Positions 61,998 to 64,000 of a DNA stretch of 64,000 bases are shown piece after piece. A model generated the notes under the pieces. It saw only the letters and a list, made by a program, of their open reading frames with translations. It had not been told where the DNA came from and did not search any database. The translations under genes and the position numbers were made by a program. Position 1 is the first letter of the stretch, and every line of letters starts with the position of its first letter. Where the stretch lies: contig CATNEN010000039.1 of assembly GCA_950097015.1 (NCBI GenBank), positions 16,430,001 through 16,494,000 on the forward strand. The letters are read 5' to 3'. This DNA comes from Macrostomum hystrix (lineage: Eukaryota; Animalia; Platyhelminthes).

Positions 61998-64000
61998 ATG
62001 CAGAACAAATTGTGGCCTCTCCATCACCTAACTAGACGCTGTTTAGCATCTTCTTTGTCTTCTTCAGCAAAGCAAGCATCAACAAGCCTGCCACCAACTG
62101 TGGCCATTGTTGGCAGTGGGCCAGCTGCATTTTACACTGCACAGCAGCTGTTGAAGCTGCACCCAAGTGTGCAAGTAAGTTTGCTGATTGTTCAGCATGC
62201 TATCAGCAATGTTTCTGTTTGTCAGACGTTTTCCTGTTTTGCATATACCCTATATGTCTAGTGGCTGCTAGTTGCATGTGTGTTTTTTAGCTGATTGTTA
62301 CCTGTTAGGTGCTACCTGTTTGTCTCTTAGCTGCACCTGTGTCTCTGTCAGCTTCTACCTGTGTCTGTCAGCTGCTAGCTGTGTGTCTGTAAATGGATAC
62401 CTGATCTGTGTGTTAGCTTCTGTAGGTGTAAATCATACTTGGCGCTCTCAGTTTAACCTAATTATAACTACTAAGCCATAATCATTTTAATTCATTGACA
62501 TTGCACCTGGAACACGCCAGGTAGACCTACTGGAACGCCTGCCCGTGCCATTCGGCCTAGTCCGTTACGGAGTCGCGCCCGACCACCCGGACGTGAAGAA
62601 TGTGATCACCGGTTTCACTAAGATCGCTCGTGATCCGCGTCTAGCCTTCTTTGGTAATGTCAGCGTCGGGTCCGACATCAGACTTCGTCAGCTACTAGAC
62701 GCCTACACAGCCGTGGTGCTAGCCTACGGAGCTTCCAGAGCCAGACAACTCGGCATTCCCGGTGAGGACAGCCTGTCCAATGTGCTGTCGGCTAGGTATG
62801 AAACTAGAATTTTCATTTACCTGTTTGATCGCGAACTAGAGCTTGAGTCCTATCCTATCCTATCTATCGTTTCAGAGACTTCGTCAACTGGTACAACGGC
62901 TATCCTGGCGCCGAGAATCTCAGCGTAGACCTCGCCGCAGCCGAAACGGCGGTTATCATTGGCCAAGGCAATGTGGCTCTGGACGTAGCGCGCATCCTTC
63001 TGTCCAGTCCTGACAGGCTGCGGCGCACAGACACGCCCGAACCTGTGCTCAGGCGCCTAGCAGAAGAGTCCAATATTCGCCGGGTTCGTCTGGTTGGCCG
63101 GCGCGGCTTACTTCAGGCCGCCTTCACTACTAAAGAGTTCAGAGAGCTGGCCAATCTGGACGGTGTCGGCGTCCGTCTTGACGGCGCGCCTTTGGCCGCT
63201 GAACTAACACCAGAACTGCTAGCTGGGTTGCCTAGGCCAAGGCGAAGGCTGACTGAACTTGTGGGTGTTTTTGTGTGTTTTTTACTTGATGGTTCTTTTG
63301 TTCTGCACTCCCTTAGGCTGATTAAAGATAACCTTCTAGAATACTGCAACGCCCTTTGGTTTAATACATTTAGATTTAGGCACCTTAATCCCTGATTATC
63401 GCACCTTAATCCCTGATTATTGCACCTTAATCCCTGATTATTTCACCTTAATTCCTGATTATCGCACCTTAATCCCTGATTATTGCACCTTAATCCTTGA
63501 TTATTACACCTCAATCCCAGATTGTTGCACTTTAATCCCTGATTATCGCACCTTAATATTTTATTATCGCACCTCAATCCCTGATTATTGCACCTTAATC
63601 CCTGATTATCGCACCTTAATCCCTGATTATTACACCCTTATCCCTGATTATCGCACCTCAATCCCAGATTGTTGCACCTTAATCCTTGATTATCGCAGCT
63701 TAATCCCTTATTGCAGCTTAATCCCTGATTATCGCTCCTTAATCCCTTAATCTTTCAGGTGCTGAAGTCGGCCAACTCGGAATCAGCCGCTGTCATGCCG
63801 CGACAACTAACGTTGCACTTTCTTCTGTCACCCTTAGAGTTTCTGTCGTCGCCATTATCGCCAGATAGAGTTGGCTCCGTCAAGTTCAGCAGAAATGTTC
63901 AGTCGGTTCCCACTGCCGATCAAGTTAAATCATCTGCTAACTCCAGCTTCAGCCTAGACTGTGGCCTGGCTGTTGTTAGCGTTGGCTACGAAAATGTCGC
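61998..64000 (+). CDS. FDXR: NADPH:adrenodoxin oxidoreductase (ferredoxin reductase), mitochondrial, 5' part; exons 61998-62174, 62521-62795, 62876-63260, 63759->64000
   Basis: Transit-peptide-like N-terminus, [61 protein letters not shown]...[22 protein letters not shown]. Splice phases are compatible. Confidence 0.95.
63380..63750. repeat. 21-bp intronic minisatellite (gcaccttaatccctgattatc) x ~17
   Basis: Directly visible in FDXR intron 3. Confidence 0.93.

Overview
Eukaryotic (metazoan) genomic DNA with spliceosomal introns, dense in transposons and minisatellites. The style fits a free-living flatworm such as Macrostomum, but that is inference only. Host genes: two inverted-duplicate Ly6/uPAR (three-finger)-like genes (1620-2361 +, 31661-32505 -), three divergent IAP-like genes (BIR-like + UBA-like, two with a spliced RING exon), a PQ-loop gene (PQLC1/SLC66A2-like) and the 5' part of FDXR. 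Mobile elements: an apparently intact 11.2-kb EnSpm/CACTA transposon (37176-48394; TIRs, TA TSD, 833-aa transposase, six-exon BEN-like accessory gene, subterminal motif arrays) inserted at the start codon of one IAP gene; a decayed second EnSpm; a Tc1/IS630-like transposase with DD30E spacing; several Gypsy remnants and a 2-kb solo LTR; non-autonomous Helitrons (one family carries two minisatellites, another copy holds 174 bp of neighbouring DNA); twin MITEs; LINE and SINE fragments. Most long ORFs in the track that overlap tandem arrays are artefacts. All family assignments come from manual motif recognition, not database searches.
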